Shown: positions 39,779 to 55,444 of the stretch, in pieces
How positions within the stretch are numbered: position 1 is the stretch's first letter
How the letters are laid out: each line of letters begins with the position of its first letter
Source: Auanema rhodensis
Lineage: Eukaryota; Animalia; Nematoda
Reading direction: 5' to 3'
Length of the DNA stretch: 64,000 bases
Assembly: GCA_964057225.1 (NCBI GenBank)
Contig: OZ059897.1
Coordinates: 22,506,001 to 22,570,000, forward strand
Position numbers and translations under genes: made by a program
Notes under the pieces: generated by a model
The model's input: only the letters and a program-made list of their open reading frames with translations
Database searches by the model: none
What the model was told of the DNA's origin: nothing

Positions 39779-42700
39779 TCTAATTTTGAAAACCGCATCT
39801 CGTTATCTTTCACGTGAAGCGAGTTACATACCAAGTGCACATCACGTGTACATTTAATTAGCATAAATTAAAGTTCACGTAAATTTCAAAGTCATGGTTA
39901 CCATGCACCAATATCAATAAAAATTTGTTTTTAGACTAATATGGACATGGGGAATCTAATTTTGAAAACCGCATCTCTTTATCTTTCACGTGAAGCGAGT
40001 TACATACCAAGTGCACATCACGTGTACATTTAATTAGCATAAATTAAAGTTCACGTAAATTTCAAAGTCATGGTTACCATGCACCAATATCAATAAAAAT
40101 TTGTTTTTAGACTAATATGGACATGGGGAATCTAATTTTGAAAACCGCATCTCTTTATCTTTCACGTGAAGCGAGTTACATACCAAGTGCACATCACGTG
40201 TACATTTAATTAGCATAAATTAAAGTTCACGTAAATTTCAAAGTCATGGTTACCATGAACCAATATCAATAAAAATTTGTTTTTAGACTAATATGGACAT
40301 GGGGAATCTAATTTTGAAAACCGCATCTCTTTATCTTTCACGTGAAGCGAGTTACATACCAAGTGCACATCACGTGTACATTTAATTAGCATAAATTAAA
40401 GTTCACGTAAATTTCAAAGTCATGGTTACCATGAACCAATATCAATAAAAATTTGTTTTTAGACTAATATGGACATGGGGAATCTAATTTTGAAAACCGC
40501 ATCTCTTTATCTTTCACGTGAAGCGAGTTACATACCAAGTGCCCATCACGTGTACATTTAATTAGCATAAATTAAAGTTCACGTAAATTTCAAAGTCATG
40601 GTTACCATGCACCAATATCAATAAAAATTTGTTTTTAGACTAATATGGACATGGGGAATCTAATTTTGAAAACCGCATCTCCTTATCTTTCACGTGAAGC
40701 GAGTTACATACCAAGTGCACATCACGTGTACATTTAATTAGCATAAATTAAAGTTCACGTAAATTTCAAAGTCATGGTTACCATGCACCAATATCAATAA
40801 AAATTTGTTTTTAGACTAATATGGACATGGGGAATCTAATTTTGGAAACCGCATCTCTTTATCTTTCACGTGAAGCGAGTTACATACCAAGTGCACATCA
40901 CGTGTACATTTAATTAGCATAAATTAAAGTTCACGTAAATCTCAAAGTCATGGTTACCATGCACCAATATCAATAAAAATTTGTTTTTAGACTAATATGG
41001 ACATGGGGAATCTAATTTTGAAAACCGCATCTCTTTATCTTTCACGTGAAGCGAGTTACATACCAAGTGCACATCACGTGTACATTTAATTAGCATAAAT
41101 TAAAGTTCACGTAAATTTCAAAGTCATGGTTACCATGAACCAATATCAATAAAAATTTGTTTTTAGACTAATATGGACATGGGGAATCTAATTTTGAAAA
41201 CCGCATCTCTTTATCTTTCACGTGAAGCGAGTTACATACCAAGTGCACATCACGTGTACATTTAATTAGCATAAATTAAAGTTCACGTAAATTTCAAAGT
41301 CATGGTTACCATGAACCAATATCAATAAAAATTTGTTTTTAGACTAATATGGACATGGGGAATCTAATTTTGAAAACCGCATCTCGTTATCTTTCACGTG
41401 AAGCGAGTTACATACCAAGTGCACATCACGTGTACATTTAATTAGCATAAATTAAAGTTCACGTAAATTTCAAAGTCATGGTTACCATGCACCAATATCA
41501 ATAAAAATTTGTTTTTAGACTAATATGGACATGGGGAATCTAATTTTGAAAACCGCATCTCTTTATCTTTCACGTGAAGCGAGTTACATACCAAGTGCAC
41601 ATCACGTGTACATTTAATTAGCATAAATTAAAGTTCACGTAAATTTCAAAGTCATGGTTACCATGAACCAATATCAATAAAAATTTGTTTTTAGACTAAT
41701 ATGGACATGGGGAATCTAATTTTGAAAACCGCATCTCTTTATCTTTCACGTGAAGCGAGTTACATACCAAGTGCACATCACGTGTACATTTAATTAGCAT
41801 AAATTAAAGTTCACGTAAATTTCAAAGTCATGGTTACCATGAACCAATATCAATAAAAATTTGTTTTTAGACTAATATGGACATGGGGAATCTAATTTTG
41901 AAAACCGCATCTCCTTATCTTTCACGTGAAGCGAGTTACATACCAAGTGCACATCACGTGTACATTTAATTAGCATAAATTAAAGTTCACGTAAATTTCA
42001 AAGTCATGGTTACCATGAACCAATATCAATAAAAATTTGTTTTTAGACTAATATGGACATGGGGAATCTAATTTTGAAAACCGCATCTCTTTATCTTTCA
42101 CGTGAAGCGAGTTACATACCAAGTGCACATCACGTGTACATTTAATTAGCATAAATTAAAGTTCACGTAAATTTCAAAGTCATGGTTACCATGAACCAAT
42201 ATCAATAAAAATTTGTTTTTAGACTAATATGGACATGGGGAATCTAATTTTGAAAACCGCATCTCTTTATCTTTCACGTGAAGCGAGTTACATACCAAGT
42301 GCCCATCACGTGTACATTTAATTAGCATAAATTAAAGTTCACGTAAATTTCAAAGTCATGGTTACCATGCACCAATATCAATAAAAATTTGTTTTTAGAC
42401 TAATATGGACATGGGGAATCTAATTTTGAAAACCGCATCTCGTTATCTTTCACGTGAAGCGAGTTACATACCAAGTGCACATCACGTGTACATTTAATTA
42501 GCATAAATTAAAGTTCACGTAAATTTCAAAGTCATGGTTACCATGCACCAATATCAATAAAAATTTGTTTTTAGACTAATATGGACATGGGGAATCTAAT
42601 TTTGAAAACCGCATCTCTTTATCTTTCACGTGAAGCGAGTTACATACCAAGTGCACATCACGTGTACATTTAATTAGCATAAATTAAAGTTCACGTAAAT

Positions 42701-45700
42701 TTCAAAGTCATGGTTACCATGCACCAATATCAATAAAAATTTGTTTTTAGACTAATATGGACATGGGGAATCTAATTTTGAAAACCGCATCTCTTTATCT
42801 TTCACGTGAAGCGAGTTACATACCAAGTGCACATCACGTGTACATTTAATTAGCATAAATTAAAGTTCACGTAAATTTCAAAGTCATGGTTACCATGAAC
42901 CAATATCAATAAAAATTTGTTTTTAGACTAATATGGACATGGGGAATCTAATTTTGAAAACCGCATCTCTTTATCTTTCACGTGAAGCGAGTTACATACC
43001 AAGTGCCCATCACGTGTACATTTAATTAGCATAAATTAAAGTTCACGTAAATTTCAAAGTCATGGTTACCATGCACCAATATCAATAAAAATTTGTTTTT
43101 AGACTAATATGGACATGGGGAATCTAATTTTGAAAACCGCATCTCGTTATCTTTCACGTGAAGCGAGTTACATACCAAGTGCACATCACGTGTACATTTA
43201 ATTAGCATAAATTAAAGTTCACGTAAATTTCAAAGTCATGGTTACCATGCACCAATATCAATAAAAATTTGTTTTTAGACTAATATGGACATGGGGAATC
43301 TAATTTTGAAAACCGCATCTCTTTATCTTTCGCGTGAAGCGAGTTACATACCAAGTGCACATCACGTGTACATTTAATTAGCATAAATTAAAGTTCACGT
43401 AAATTTCAAAGTCATGGTTACCATGCACCAATATCAATAAAAATTTGTTTTTAGACTAATATGGACATGGGGAATCTAATTTTGAAAACCGCATCTCTTT
43501 ATCTTTCACGTGAAGCGAGTTACATACCAAGTGCACATCACGTGTACATTTAATTAGCATAAATTAAAGTTCACGTAAATTTCAAAGTCATGGTTACCAT
43601 GAACCAATATCAATAAAAATTTGTTTTTAGACTAATATGGACATGGGGAATCTAATTTTGAAAACCGCATCTCTTTATCTTTCACGTGAAGCGAGTTACA
43701 TACCAAGTGCACATCACGTGTACATTTAATTAGCATAAATTAAAGTTCACGTAAATTTCAAAGTCATGGTTACCATGAACCAATATCAATAAAAATTTGT
43801 TTTTAGACTAATATTGACATGGGGAATCTAATTTTGAAAACCGCATCTCTTTATCTTTCACGTGAAGCGAGTTACATACCAAGTGCCCATCACGTGTACA
43901 TTTAATTAGCATAAATTAAAGTTCACGTAAATTTCAAAGTCATGGTTACCATGCACCAATATCAATAAAAATTTGTTTTTAGACTAATATGGACATGGGG
44001 AATCTAATTTTGAAAACCGCATCTCCTTATCTTTCACGTGAAGCGAGTTACATACCAAGTGCACATCACGTGTACATTTAATTAGCATAAATTAAAGTTC
44101 ACGTAAATTTCAAAGTCATGGTTACCATGCACCAATATCAATAAAAATTTGTTTTTAGACTAATATGGACATGGGGAATCTAATTTTGAAAACCGCATCT
44201 CTTCATCTTTCACGTGAAGCGAGTTACATACCAAGTGCACATCACGTGTACATTTAATTAGCATAAATTAAAGTTCACGTAAATTTCAAAGTCATGGTTA
44301 CCATCCACCAATATCAATAAAAATTTGTTTTTAGACTAATATGGACATGGGGAATCTAATTTTGAAAACCGCATCTCTTTATCTTTCACGTGAAGCGAGT
44401 TACATACCAAGTGCACATCACGTGTACATTTAATTAGCATAAATTGAAGTTCACGTAAATTTCAAAGTCATGGTTACCAAGCACCAATGTCAATAAAAAT
44501 TTGTTTTTAGACTAATATGGACATGGGGAATCTAATTTTGAAAACCGCATCTCTTCATCTTTCACGTGAAGCGAGTTACATACCAAGTGCACATCACGTG
44601 TACATTTAATTAGCATAAATTAAAGTTCACGTAAATTTCAAAGTCATGGTTACCATGCACCAATATCAATAAAAATTTGTTTTTAGACTAATATGGACAT
44701 GGGGAATCTAATTTTGAAAACCGCATCTCTTCATCTTTCACGTGAAGCGAGTTACATACCAAGTGCACATCACGTGTACATTTAATTAGCATAAATTAAA
44801 GTTCACGTAAATTTCAAAGTCATGGTTACCATGCACCAATATCAATAAAAATTTGTTTTTAGACTAATATGGACATGGGGAATCTAATTTTGAAAACCGC
44901 ATCTCTCTATCTTTCACGTGAAGCGAGTTACATACCAAGTGCACATCACGTGTACATTTAATTAGCATAAATTAAAGTTCACGTAAATTTCAAAGTCATG
45001 GTTACCATGCACCAATGTCAATAAAAATTTGTTTTTAGACTAATATGGACATGGGGAATCTAATTTTGAAAACCGCATCTCTTCATCTTTCACGTGAAGC
45101 GAGTTACATACCAAGTGCACATCACGTGTACATTTAATTAGCATAAATTAAAGTTCACGTAAATTTCAAAGTCATGGTTACCATGCACCAATATCAATAA
45201 AAATTTGTTTTTAGACTAATATGGACATGGGGAATCTAATTTTGAAAACCGCATCTCTTTATCTTTCACGTGAAGCGAGTTACATACCAAGTGCACATCA
45301 CGTGTACATTTAATTAGCATAAATTAAAGTTCACGTAAATTTCAAAGTCATGGTTACCATGAACCAATATCAATAAAAATTTGTTTTTAGACTAATATGG
45401 ACATGGGGAATCTAATTTTAAAAACCGCATCTCTTTATCTTTCACGTGAAGCGAGTTACATACCAAGTGCACATCACGTGTACATTTAATTAGCATAAAT
45501 TAAAGTTCACGTAAATTTCAAAGTCATGGTTACCATGAACCAATATCAATAAAAATTTGTTTTTAGACTAATATGGACATGGGGAATCTAATTTTGAAAA
45601 CCGCATCTCTTTATCTTTCACGTGAAGCGAGTTACATACCAAGTGCACATCACGTGTACATTTAATTAGCATAAATTAAAGTTCACGTAAATTTCAAAGT

Positions 45701-48700
45701 CATGGTTACCATGCACCAATGTCAATAAAAATTTGTTTTTAGACTAATATGGACATGGGGAATCTAATTTTGAAAACCGCATCTCTTTATCTTTCACGTG
45801 AAGCGAGTTACATACCAAGTGCACATCACGTGTACATTTAATTAGCATAAATTAAAGTTCACGTAAATTTCAAAGTCATGGTTACCATGCACCAATATCA
45901 ATAAAAATTTGTTTTTAGACTAATATGGACATGGGGAATCTAATTTTGAAAACCGCATCTCTTTATCTTTCACGTGAAGCGAGTTACATACCAAGTGCAC
46001 ATCACGTGTACATTTAATTAGCATAAATTAAAGTTCACGTAAATTTCAAAGTCATGGTTACCATGAACCAATATCAATAAAAATTTGTTTTTAGACTAAT
46101 ATGGACATGGGGAATCTAATTTTGAAAACCGCATCTCTTTATCTTTCACGTGAAGCGAGTTACATACCAAGTGCACATCACGTGTACATTTAATTAGCAT
46201 AAATTAAAGTTCACGTAAATTTCAAAGTCATGGTTACCATGCACCAATATCAATAAAAATTTGTTTTTAGACTAATATGGACATGGGGAATCTAATTTTG
46301 AAAACCGCATCTCTTTATCTTTCACGTGAAGCGAGTTACATACCAAGTGCACATCACGTGTACATTTGATTAGCATAAATTAAAGTTCACGTAAATTTCA
46401 AAGTCATGGTTACCATGCACCAATATCAATAAAAATTTGTTTTTAGACCAATACGGACATGGGGAATCTAATTTTGAAAACCGCATCTCTTTATCTTTCA
46501 AGTGAAGCGAGTTACATACCAAGTGCACATCACGTGTACATTTAATTAGCATAAATTAAAGTTCACGTAAATTTCAAAGTCATGGTTACCATAAACCAAT
46601 ATCAATAAAAATTTGTTTTTAGACTAATATGGACATGGGGAATCTAATTTTGAGAACCGCATCTCTTTATCTTTCACGTGAAGCGAGTTACATACCAAGT
46701 GCACATCACGTGTACATTTAATTAGCATAAATTAAAGTTCACGTAAATTTCAAAGTCATGGTTACCATGAACCAATATCAATAAAAATTTGTTTTTAGAC
46801 TAATATGGACATGGGGAATCTAATTTTGAAAACCGCATCTCTTTATCTTTCACGTGAAGCGAGTTACATACCAAGTGCACATCACGTGTACATTTAATTA
46901 GCATAAATTAAAGTTCACGTAAATTTCAAAGTCATGGTTACCATGCACCAATATCAATAAAAATTTGTTTTTAGACTAATATGGACATGGGGAATCTAAT
47001 TTTGAAATCCGCATCTCTTTATCTTTCACGTGAAGCGAGTTACATACCAAGTGCACATCACGTGTTCATTTAATTAGCATGAATTAAAGTTCACGTAAAT
47101 TTCAAAGTCATGGTTACCATGCACCAATGTCAATAAAAAAATTTGTTTTTAGACTAATATGGACATGAGGAATCTAATTTTGCAAACCGCATCTCTTCAT
47201 CTTTCACGTGAAGCGAGTTACATACCAAGTGCACATCACGTGTACATTTGATTAGCATAAATTAAAGTTCACGTAAATTTCAAAGTCATGGTTACCATGC
47301 ACCAATATCAATAAAAATTTGTTTTTAGACCAATACGGACATGGGGAATCTAATTTTGAAAACCGCATCTCTTTATCTTTCAAGTGAAGCGAGTTACATA
47401 CCAAGTGCACATCACGTGTACATTTAATTAGCATAAATTAAAGTTCACGTAAATTTCAAAGTCATGGTTACCATAAACCAATATCAATAAAAATTTGTTT
47501 TTAGACTAATATGGACATGGGGAATCTAATTTTGAAAACCGCATCTCTTTATCTTTCACGTGAAGCGAGTTACATACCAAGTGCACATCACGTGTACATT
47601 TAATTAGCATAAATTAAAGTTCACGTAAATTTCAAAGTCATGGTTACCATGCACCAATATCAAAAAAAATTTGTTTTTAGACTAATATGGACATGGGGAA
47701 TCTAATTTTGAAAACCGCATCTCTTTATCTTTCACGTGAAGCGAGTTACATACCAAGTGCACATCACGTGTACATTTAATTAGCATAAATTAAAGTTCAC
47801 GTAAATTTCAAAGTCATGGTTACCATGAACCAATATCAATAAAAATTTGTTTTTAGACTAATATGGACATGGGGAATCTAATTTTGAAAACCGCATCTCT
47901 TTATCTTTCACTTGAAGCGAGTTACATACCAAGTGCACATCACGTGTACATTTAATTAGCATAAATTAAAGTTCACGTAAATTTCAAAGTCATGGTTACC
48001 ATGCACCAATATCAATAAAAATTTGTTTTTAAACTAATATGGACATGGGGAATCTAATTTTGAAAACCGCATCTCTTTATCTTTCACGTGAAGCGAGTTA
48101 CATACCAAGTGCACATCACGTGTACATTTAATTAGCATAAATTAAAGTTCACGTAAATTTCAAAGTCATGGTTACCATGCACCAATATCAATAAAAATTT
48201 GTTTTTAGACTAATATGGACATGGGGAATCTAATTTTGAAAACCGCATCTCTTTATCTTTCACGTGAAGCGAGTTACATACCAAGTGCACATCACGTGTA
48301 CATTTAATTAGCATAAATTAAAGTTCACGTAAATTTCAAAGTCATGGTTACCATGAACCAATATCAATAAAAATTTGTTTTTAGACTAATATGGACATGG
48401 GGAATCTAATTTTGAAAACCGCATCTCTTTATCTTTCACGTGAAGCGAGTTACATACCAAGTGCACATCACGTATACATTTAATTAGCATAAATTAAAGT
48501 TCACGTAAATTTCAAAGTCATGGTTACCATGAACCAATATCAATAAAAATTTGTTTTTAGACTAATATGGACATGGGGAATCTAATTTTGAAAACCGCAT
48601 CTCTTTATCTTTCACGTGAAGCGAGTTACATACCAAGTGCACATCACGTGTACATTTAATTAGCATAAATTAAAGTTCACGTAAATTTCAAAGTCATGGT

Positions 48701-51700
48701 TACCATGCACCAATATCAATAAAAATTTGTTTTTAGACTAATATGGACATGGGGAATCTAATTTTGAAAACGGCTTCTCTTTATCTTTCACGTGAAGCGA
48801 GTTACATACCAAGTGCACATCACGTGTACATTTAATTAGCATAAATTAAAGTTCACGTAAATTTCAAAGTCATGGTTACCATGCACCAATATCAATAAAA
48901 ATTTGTTTTTAGACTAATATGGACATGGGGAATCTAATTTTGAAAACCGCATCTCTTCATCTTTCACGTGAAGCGAGTTACATACCAAGTGCACATCACG
49001 TGTACATTTAATTAGCATAAATTAAAGTTCACGTAAATTTCAAAGTCATGGTTACCATGAACCAATATCAATAAAAATTTGTTTTTAGACTAATATGGAC
49101 ATGGGGAATCTAATTTTAAAAACCGCATCTCTTTATCTTTCACGTGAAGCGAGTTACATACCAAGTGCACATCACGTGTACATTTAATTAGCATAAATTA
49201 AAGTTCACGTAAATTTCAAAGTCATGGTTACCATGAACCAATATCAATAAAAATTTGTTTTTAGACTAATATGGACATGGGGAATCTAATTTTGAAAACC
49301 GCATCTCTTTATCTTTCACGTGAAGCGAGTTACATACCAAGTGCACATCACGTGTACATTTAATTAGCATAAATTAAAGTTCACGTAAATTTCAAAGTCA
49401 TGCTTACCATGCACCAATGTCAATAAAAATTTGTTTTTAGACTAATATGGACATGGGGAATCTAATTTTGAAAACCGCATCTCTTCATCTTTCACGTGAA
49501 GCGAGTTACATACCAAGTGCACATCACGTGTACATTTAATTAGCATAAATTAAAGTTCACGTAAATTTCAAAGTCATGGTTACCATGCACCAATATCAAT
49601 AAAAATTTGTTTTTAGACTAATATGGACATGGGGAATCTAATTTTGAGAACCGCATCTCTTTATCTTTCACGTGAAGCGAGTTACATACCAAGTGCACAT
49701 CACGTGTACATTTAATTAGCATAAATTAAAGTTCACGTAAATTTCAAAGTCATGGTTACCATGAACCAATATCAATAAAAATTTGTTTTTAGACTAATAT
49801 GGACATAGGGAATCTAATTTTGAAAACCGCATCTCTTTATCTTTCACGTGAAGCGAGTTACATACCAAGTGCACATCACGTGTACATTTAATTAGCATAA
49901 ATTAAAGTTCACGTAAATTTCAAAGTCATGGTTACCATGAACCAATATCAATAAAAATTTGTTTTTAGACTAATATGGACATGGGGAATCTAATTTTGAA
50001 AACCGCATCTCTTTATCTTTCACGTGAAGCGAGTTACATACCAAGTGCACATCACGTGTACATTTAATTAGCATAAATTAAAGTTCACGTAAATTTCAAA
50101 GTCATGGTTACCATGCACCAATATCAATAAAAATTTGTTTTTAGACTAATATGGACATGGGGAATCTAATTTTGAAAACCGCATCTCTTTATCTTTCACG
50201 TGAAGCGAGTTACATACCAAGTGCACATCACGTGTTCATTTAATTAGCATAAATTAAAGTTCATTAAATTTCAAAGTCATGGTTACCATGAACCAATGTC
50301 AATAAAAATTTGTTTTTAGACTAATATGGACATGGGGAATCTAATTTTGCAAACCGCATCTCTTTATCTTTCACGTGAAGCGAGTTACATACCAAGTGCA
50401 CATCACGTGTACATTTAATTAGCATAAATTAAAGTTCACGTAAATTTCAAAGTCATGGTTACCATGCACCAATATCAATAAAAATTTGTTTTTAGACTAA
50501 TATGGACATGGGGAATCTAATTTTGAAAACCGCATCTCTTTATCTTTCAAGTGAAGCGAGTTACATACCAAGTGCACATCACGTGTACATTTAATTAGCA
50601 TAAATTAAAGTTCACGTAAATTTCAAAGTCATGGTTACCATGAACCAATATCAATAAAAATTTGTTTTTAGACTAATATGGACATGGGGAATCTAATTTT
50701 GAAAACCGCATCTTTTTATCTTTCACTTGAAGCGAGTTACATACCAAGTGCACATCACGTGTACATTTAATTAGCATAAATTAAAGTTCACGTAAATTTC
50801 AAAGTCATGGTTACCATGCACCAATATCAATAAAAATTTGTTTTTAAACTAATATGGACATGGGGAATCTAATTTTGAAAACCGCATCTCTTTATCTTTC
50901 ACGTGAAGCGAGTTACATACCAAGTGCACATCACGTGTACATTTAATTAGCATAAATTAAAGTTCACGTAAATTTCAAAGTCATGGTTACCATGCACCAA
51001 TATCAATAAAAATTTGTTTTTAGACTAATATGGACATGGGGAATCTAATTTTGAAAACCGCATCTCTTTATCTTTCACGTGAAGCGAGTTACATACCAAG
51101 TGCACATCACGTGTACATTTAATTAGCATAAATTAAAGTTCACGTAAATTTCAAAGTCATGGTTACCATGCACCAATATCAATAAAAATTTGTTTTTAGA
51201 CTAATATGGACATGGGGAATCTAATTTTGAAAACCGCATCTCTTTATCTTTCACGTGAAGCGAGTTACATACCAAGTGCACATCACGTGTACATTTAATT
51301 AGCATAAATTAAAGTTCACGTAAATTTCAAAGTCATGGTTACCATGAACCAATATCAATAAAAATTTGTTTTTAGACTAATATGGACATGGGGAATCTAA
51401 TTTTGAAAACCGCATCTCTTTATCTTTCACGTGAAGCGAGTTACATACCAAGTGCACATCACGTGTACATTTAATTAGCATAAATTAAAGTTCACGTAAA
51501 TTTCAAAGTCATGGTTACCATGCACCAATATCAATAAAAATTTGTTTTTAGACTAATATGGACATGGGGAATCTAATTTTGAAAACCGCATCTCTTTATC
51601 TTTCACGTGAAGCGAGTTACATACCAAGTGCACATCACGTGTACATTTAATTAGCATAAATTAGAGTTCACGTAAATTTCAAAGTCATGGTTACCATGAA

Positions 51701-54700
51701 CCAATATTAATAAAAATTTGTTTTTAGACTAATATGGACATGGGGAATCTAATTTTGAAAACCGCATCTCTTTATCTTTCACGTGAAGCGAGTTACATAC
51801 CAAGTGCACATCACGTGTACATTTAATTAGCATAAATTAAAGTTCACGTAAATTTCAAAGTCATGGTTACCATGCACCAATATCAATAAAAATTTGTTTT
51901 TAAACTAATATGGACATGGGGAATCTAATTTTGAAAACCGCATCTCTTTATCTTTCACGTGAAGCGAGTTACATACCAAGTGCACATCACGTGTACATTT
52001 AATTAGCATAAATTAAAGTTCACGTAAATTTCAAAGTCATGGTTACCATGCACCAATATCGATAAAAATTTGTTTTTAGACTAATATGGACATGGGGAAT
52101 CTAATTTTGAAAACCGCATCTCTTTATCTTTCACGTGAAGCGAGTTACATACCAAGTGCACATCACGTGTACATTTAATTAGCATAAATTAAAGTTCACG
52201 TAAATTTCAAAGTCATGGTTACCATGCACCAATATCGATAAAAATTTGTTTTTAGACTAATATGGACATGGGGAATCTAATTTTGAAAACCGCATCTCTT
52301 TATCTTTCACGTGAAGCGAGTTACATACCAAGTGCACATCACGTGTACATTTGATTAGCATAAATTAAAGTTCACGTAAATTTCAAAGTCATGGTTACCA
52401 TGCACCAATATCAATAAAAATTTGTTTTTAAACCAATATGGACATGGGGAATCTAATTTTGAAAACCGCATCTCTTTATTTTTCAAGTGAAGCGAGTTAC
52501 ATACCAAGTGCACATCACGTGTACATTTAATTAGCATAAATTAAAGTTCACGTAAATTTCAAAGTCATGGTTACCATGAACCAATATCAATAAAAATTTG
52601 TTTTTAGACTAATATGGACATGGGGAATCTAATTTTGAAAACCGCATCTCTTTATCTTTCACGTGAAGCGAGTTACATACCAAGTGCACATCACGTGTAC
52701 ATTTAATTAGCATAAATTAAAGTTCACGTAACTTTCAAAGTCATGGTTACCATGCACCAATATCAATAAAAATTTGTTTTTAGACTAATATGGACATGGG
52801 GAATCTAATTTTGAAAACCGCATCTCTTTATCTTTCACGTGAAGCGAGTTACATACTAAGTGCACATCACGTGTACATTTAATTAGCATAAATTAAAGTT
52901 CACGTAAATTTCAAAGTCATGGTTACCATGCACCAATATCAATAAAAATTTGTTTTTAGACTAATATGGACATGGGGAATCTAATTTTGAAAACCGCATC
53001 TCTTTATCTTTCACGTGAAGCGAGTTACATACCAAGTGCACATCACGTGTACATTTAATTAGCATAAATTAAAGTTCACGTAAATTTCAAAGTCATGGTT
53101 ACCATGAACCAATATCAATAAAAATTTGTTTTTAGACTAATATGGACATGGGGAATCTAATTTTGAAAACCGCATCTCTTTATCTTTCACGTGAAGCGAG
53201 TTACATACCAAGTGCACATCACGTGTACATTTAATTAGCATAAATTAAAGTTCACGTAAATTTCAAAGTCATGGTTACCATGCACCAATATCAATAAAAA
53301 TTTGTTTTTAGACTAATATGGACATGGGGAATCTAATTTTGAAAACCGCATCTCTTTATCTTTCACGTGAAGCGAGTTACATACCAAGTGCACATCACGT
53401 GTACATTTAATTAGCATAAATTAAAGTTCACGTAAATTTCAAAGTCATGGTTACCATGAACCAATATCAATAAAAATTTGTTTTTAGACTAATATGGACA
53501 TGGGGAATCTAATTTTGAAAACCGCATCTCTTTATCTTTCACGTGAAGCGAGTTACATACCAAGTGCACATCACGTATACATTTAATTAGCATAAATTAA
53601 AGTTCACGTAAATTTCAAAGTCATGGTTACCATGAACCAATATCAATAAAAATTTGTTTTTAGACTAATATGGACATGGGGAATCTAATTTTGAAAACCG
53701 CATCTCTTTATCTTTCACGTGAAGCGAGTTACATACCAAGTGCACATCACGTGTACATTTAATTAGCATAAATTAAAGTTCACGTAAATTTCAAAGTCAT
53801 GGTTACCATGCACCAATATCAATAAAAATTTGTTTTTAGACTAATATGGACATGGGGAATCTAATTTTTAAAAACCGCATCTCTTTATCTTTCACGTGAA
53901 GCGAGTTACATACCAAGTGCACATCACGTGTACATTTAATTAGCATAAATTAAAGTTCACGTAAATTTCAAAGTCATGGTTACCATGCACCAATATCAAT
54001 AAAAATTTGTTTTTAGACTAATATGGACATGGGGAATCTAATTTTGAAAACCGCATCTCTTCATCTTTCACGTGAAGCGAGTTACATACCAAGTGCACAT
54101 CACGTGTACATTTAATTAGCATAAATTAAAGTTCACGTAAATTTCAAAGTCATGGTTACCCTGAACCAATATCAATAAAAATTTGTTTTTAGACTAATAT
54201 GGACATGGGGAATCTAATTTTGAAAACCGCATCTCTTTATCTTTCAAGTGAAGCGAGTTACATACCAAGTGCACATCACGTGTACATTTAATTAGCATAA
54301 ATTAAAGTTCACGTAAATTTCAAAGTCATGGTTACCATGAACCAATATCAATAAAAATTTGTTTTTAGACTAATATGGACATGGGGAATCTAATTTTGAA
54401 AACCGCATCTCTTTATCTTTCACGTGAAGCGAGTTACATACCAAGTGCACATCACGTGTACATTTAATTAGCATAAATTAAAGTTCACGTAAATTTCAAA
54501 GTCATGGTTACCATGCACCAATATCAATAAAAATTTGTTTTTAGACTAATATGGACATGGGGAATCTAATTTTGAAAACCGCATCTCTTTATCTTTCACG
54601 TGAAGCGAGTTACATACCAAGTGCACATCACGTGTACATTTAATTAGCATAAATTAAAGTTCACGTAAATTTCAAAGTCATGGTTACCATGCACCAATAT

Positions 54701-54740
54701 CGATAAAAATTTGTTTTTAGACTAATATGGACATGGGGAA

Positions 54741-55444
54741 TCTAATTTTGAAAACCGCATCTCTTTTTCTTTCACGTGAAGCGAGTTACATACCAAGTGC
54801 ACATCACGTTTACATTTAATTAGCATAAATTAAAGTTCACGTAAATTTCAAAGTCATGGTTACCATGAACCAATATCAATAAAAACTTGTTTTTAGACTA
54901 ATATGGACATGGGGAATCTAATTTTGAAAACCGCATCTCTTTATCTTTCACGTGAAGCGAGTTACATACCAAGTGCACATCACGTGTACATTTAATTAGC
55001 ATAAATTAAAGTTCACGTAAATTTCAAAGTCATGGTTACCATGAACCAATATCAATAAAAACTTGTTTTTAGACTAATATGGACATGGGGAATCTAATTT
55101 TGAAAACCGCATCTCTTTATCTTTCACGTGAAGCGAGTTACATACCAAGTGCACATCACGTGTACATTTAATTAGCATAAATTAAAGTTCACGTAAATTT
55201 CAAAGTCATGGTTACCATGAACCAATATCAATAAAAACTTGTTTTTAGACTAATATGGACATGGGGAATCTAATTTTGAAAACCGCATCTCTTTATCTTT
55301 CACGTGAAGCGAGTTACATACCAAGTGCACATCACGTGTACATTTAATTAGCATAAATTAAAGTTCACGTAAATTTCAAAGTCATGGTTACCATGAACCA
55401 ATATCAATAAAAACTTGTTTTTAGACTAATATGGACATGGGGAA
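54741..55444. repeat. Run of four adjacent monomers sharing the private variant AAAAACTTG
   Basis: T146C plus A128 in monomers starting at 54741, 54917, 55093 and 55269; not noticed elsewhere. Confidence 0.85.

Noticed and set aside
46370-46552. 60-aa minus-strand ORF (MLIKCTRDVH...)
   Set aside because: It lies wholly in satellite. The consensus frame stops after 34 codons (CCA TAT TAG). A single T159C variant turns TAG into TGG and allows read-through to the next monomer's stop. There is no recognisable domain or gene context.
47252-47434. Identical 60-aa ORF
   Set aside because: Copy of the same variant monomer pair, five monomers (882 bp) downstream; explained by local duplication.
52355-52537. 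Third near-identical 60-aa ORF
   Set aside because: Same stop-loss monomer lineage (shares TTTGATT and TTCAAGTG markers). Its differences include two amino-acid changes, which gives no sign of coding constraint.
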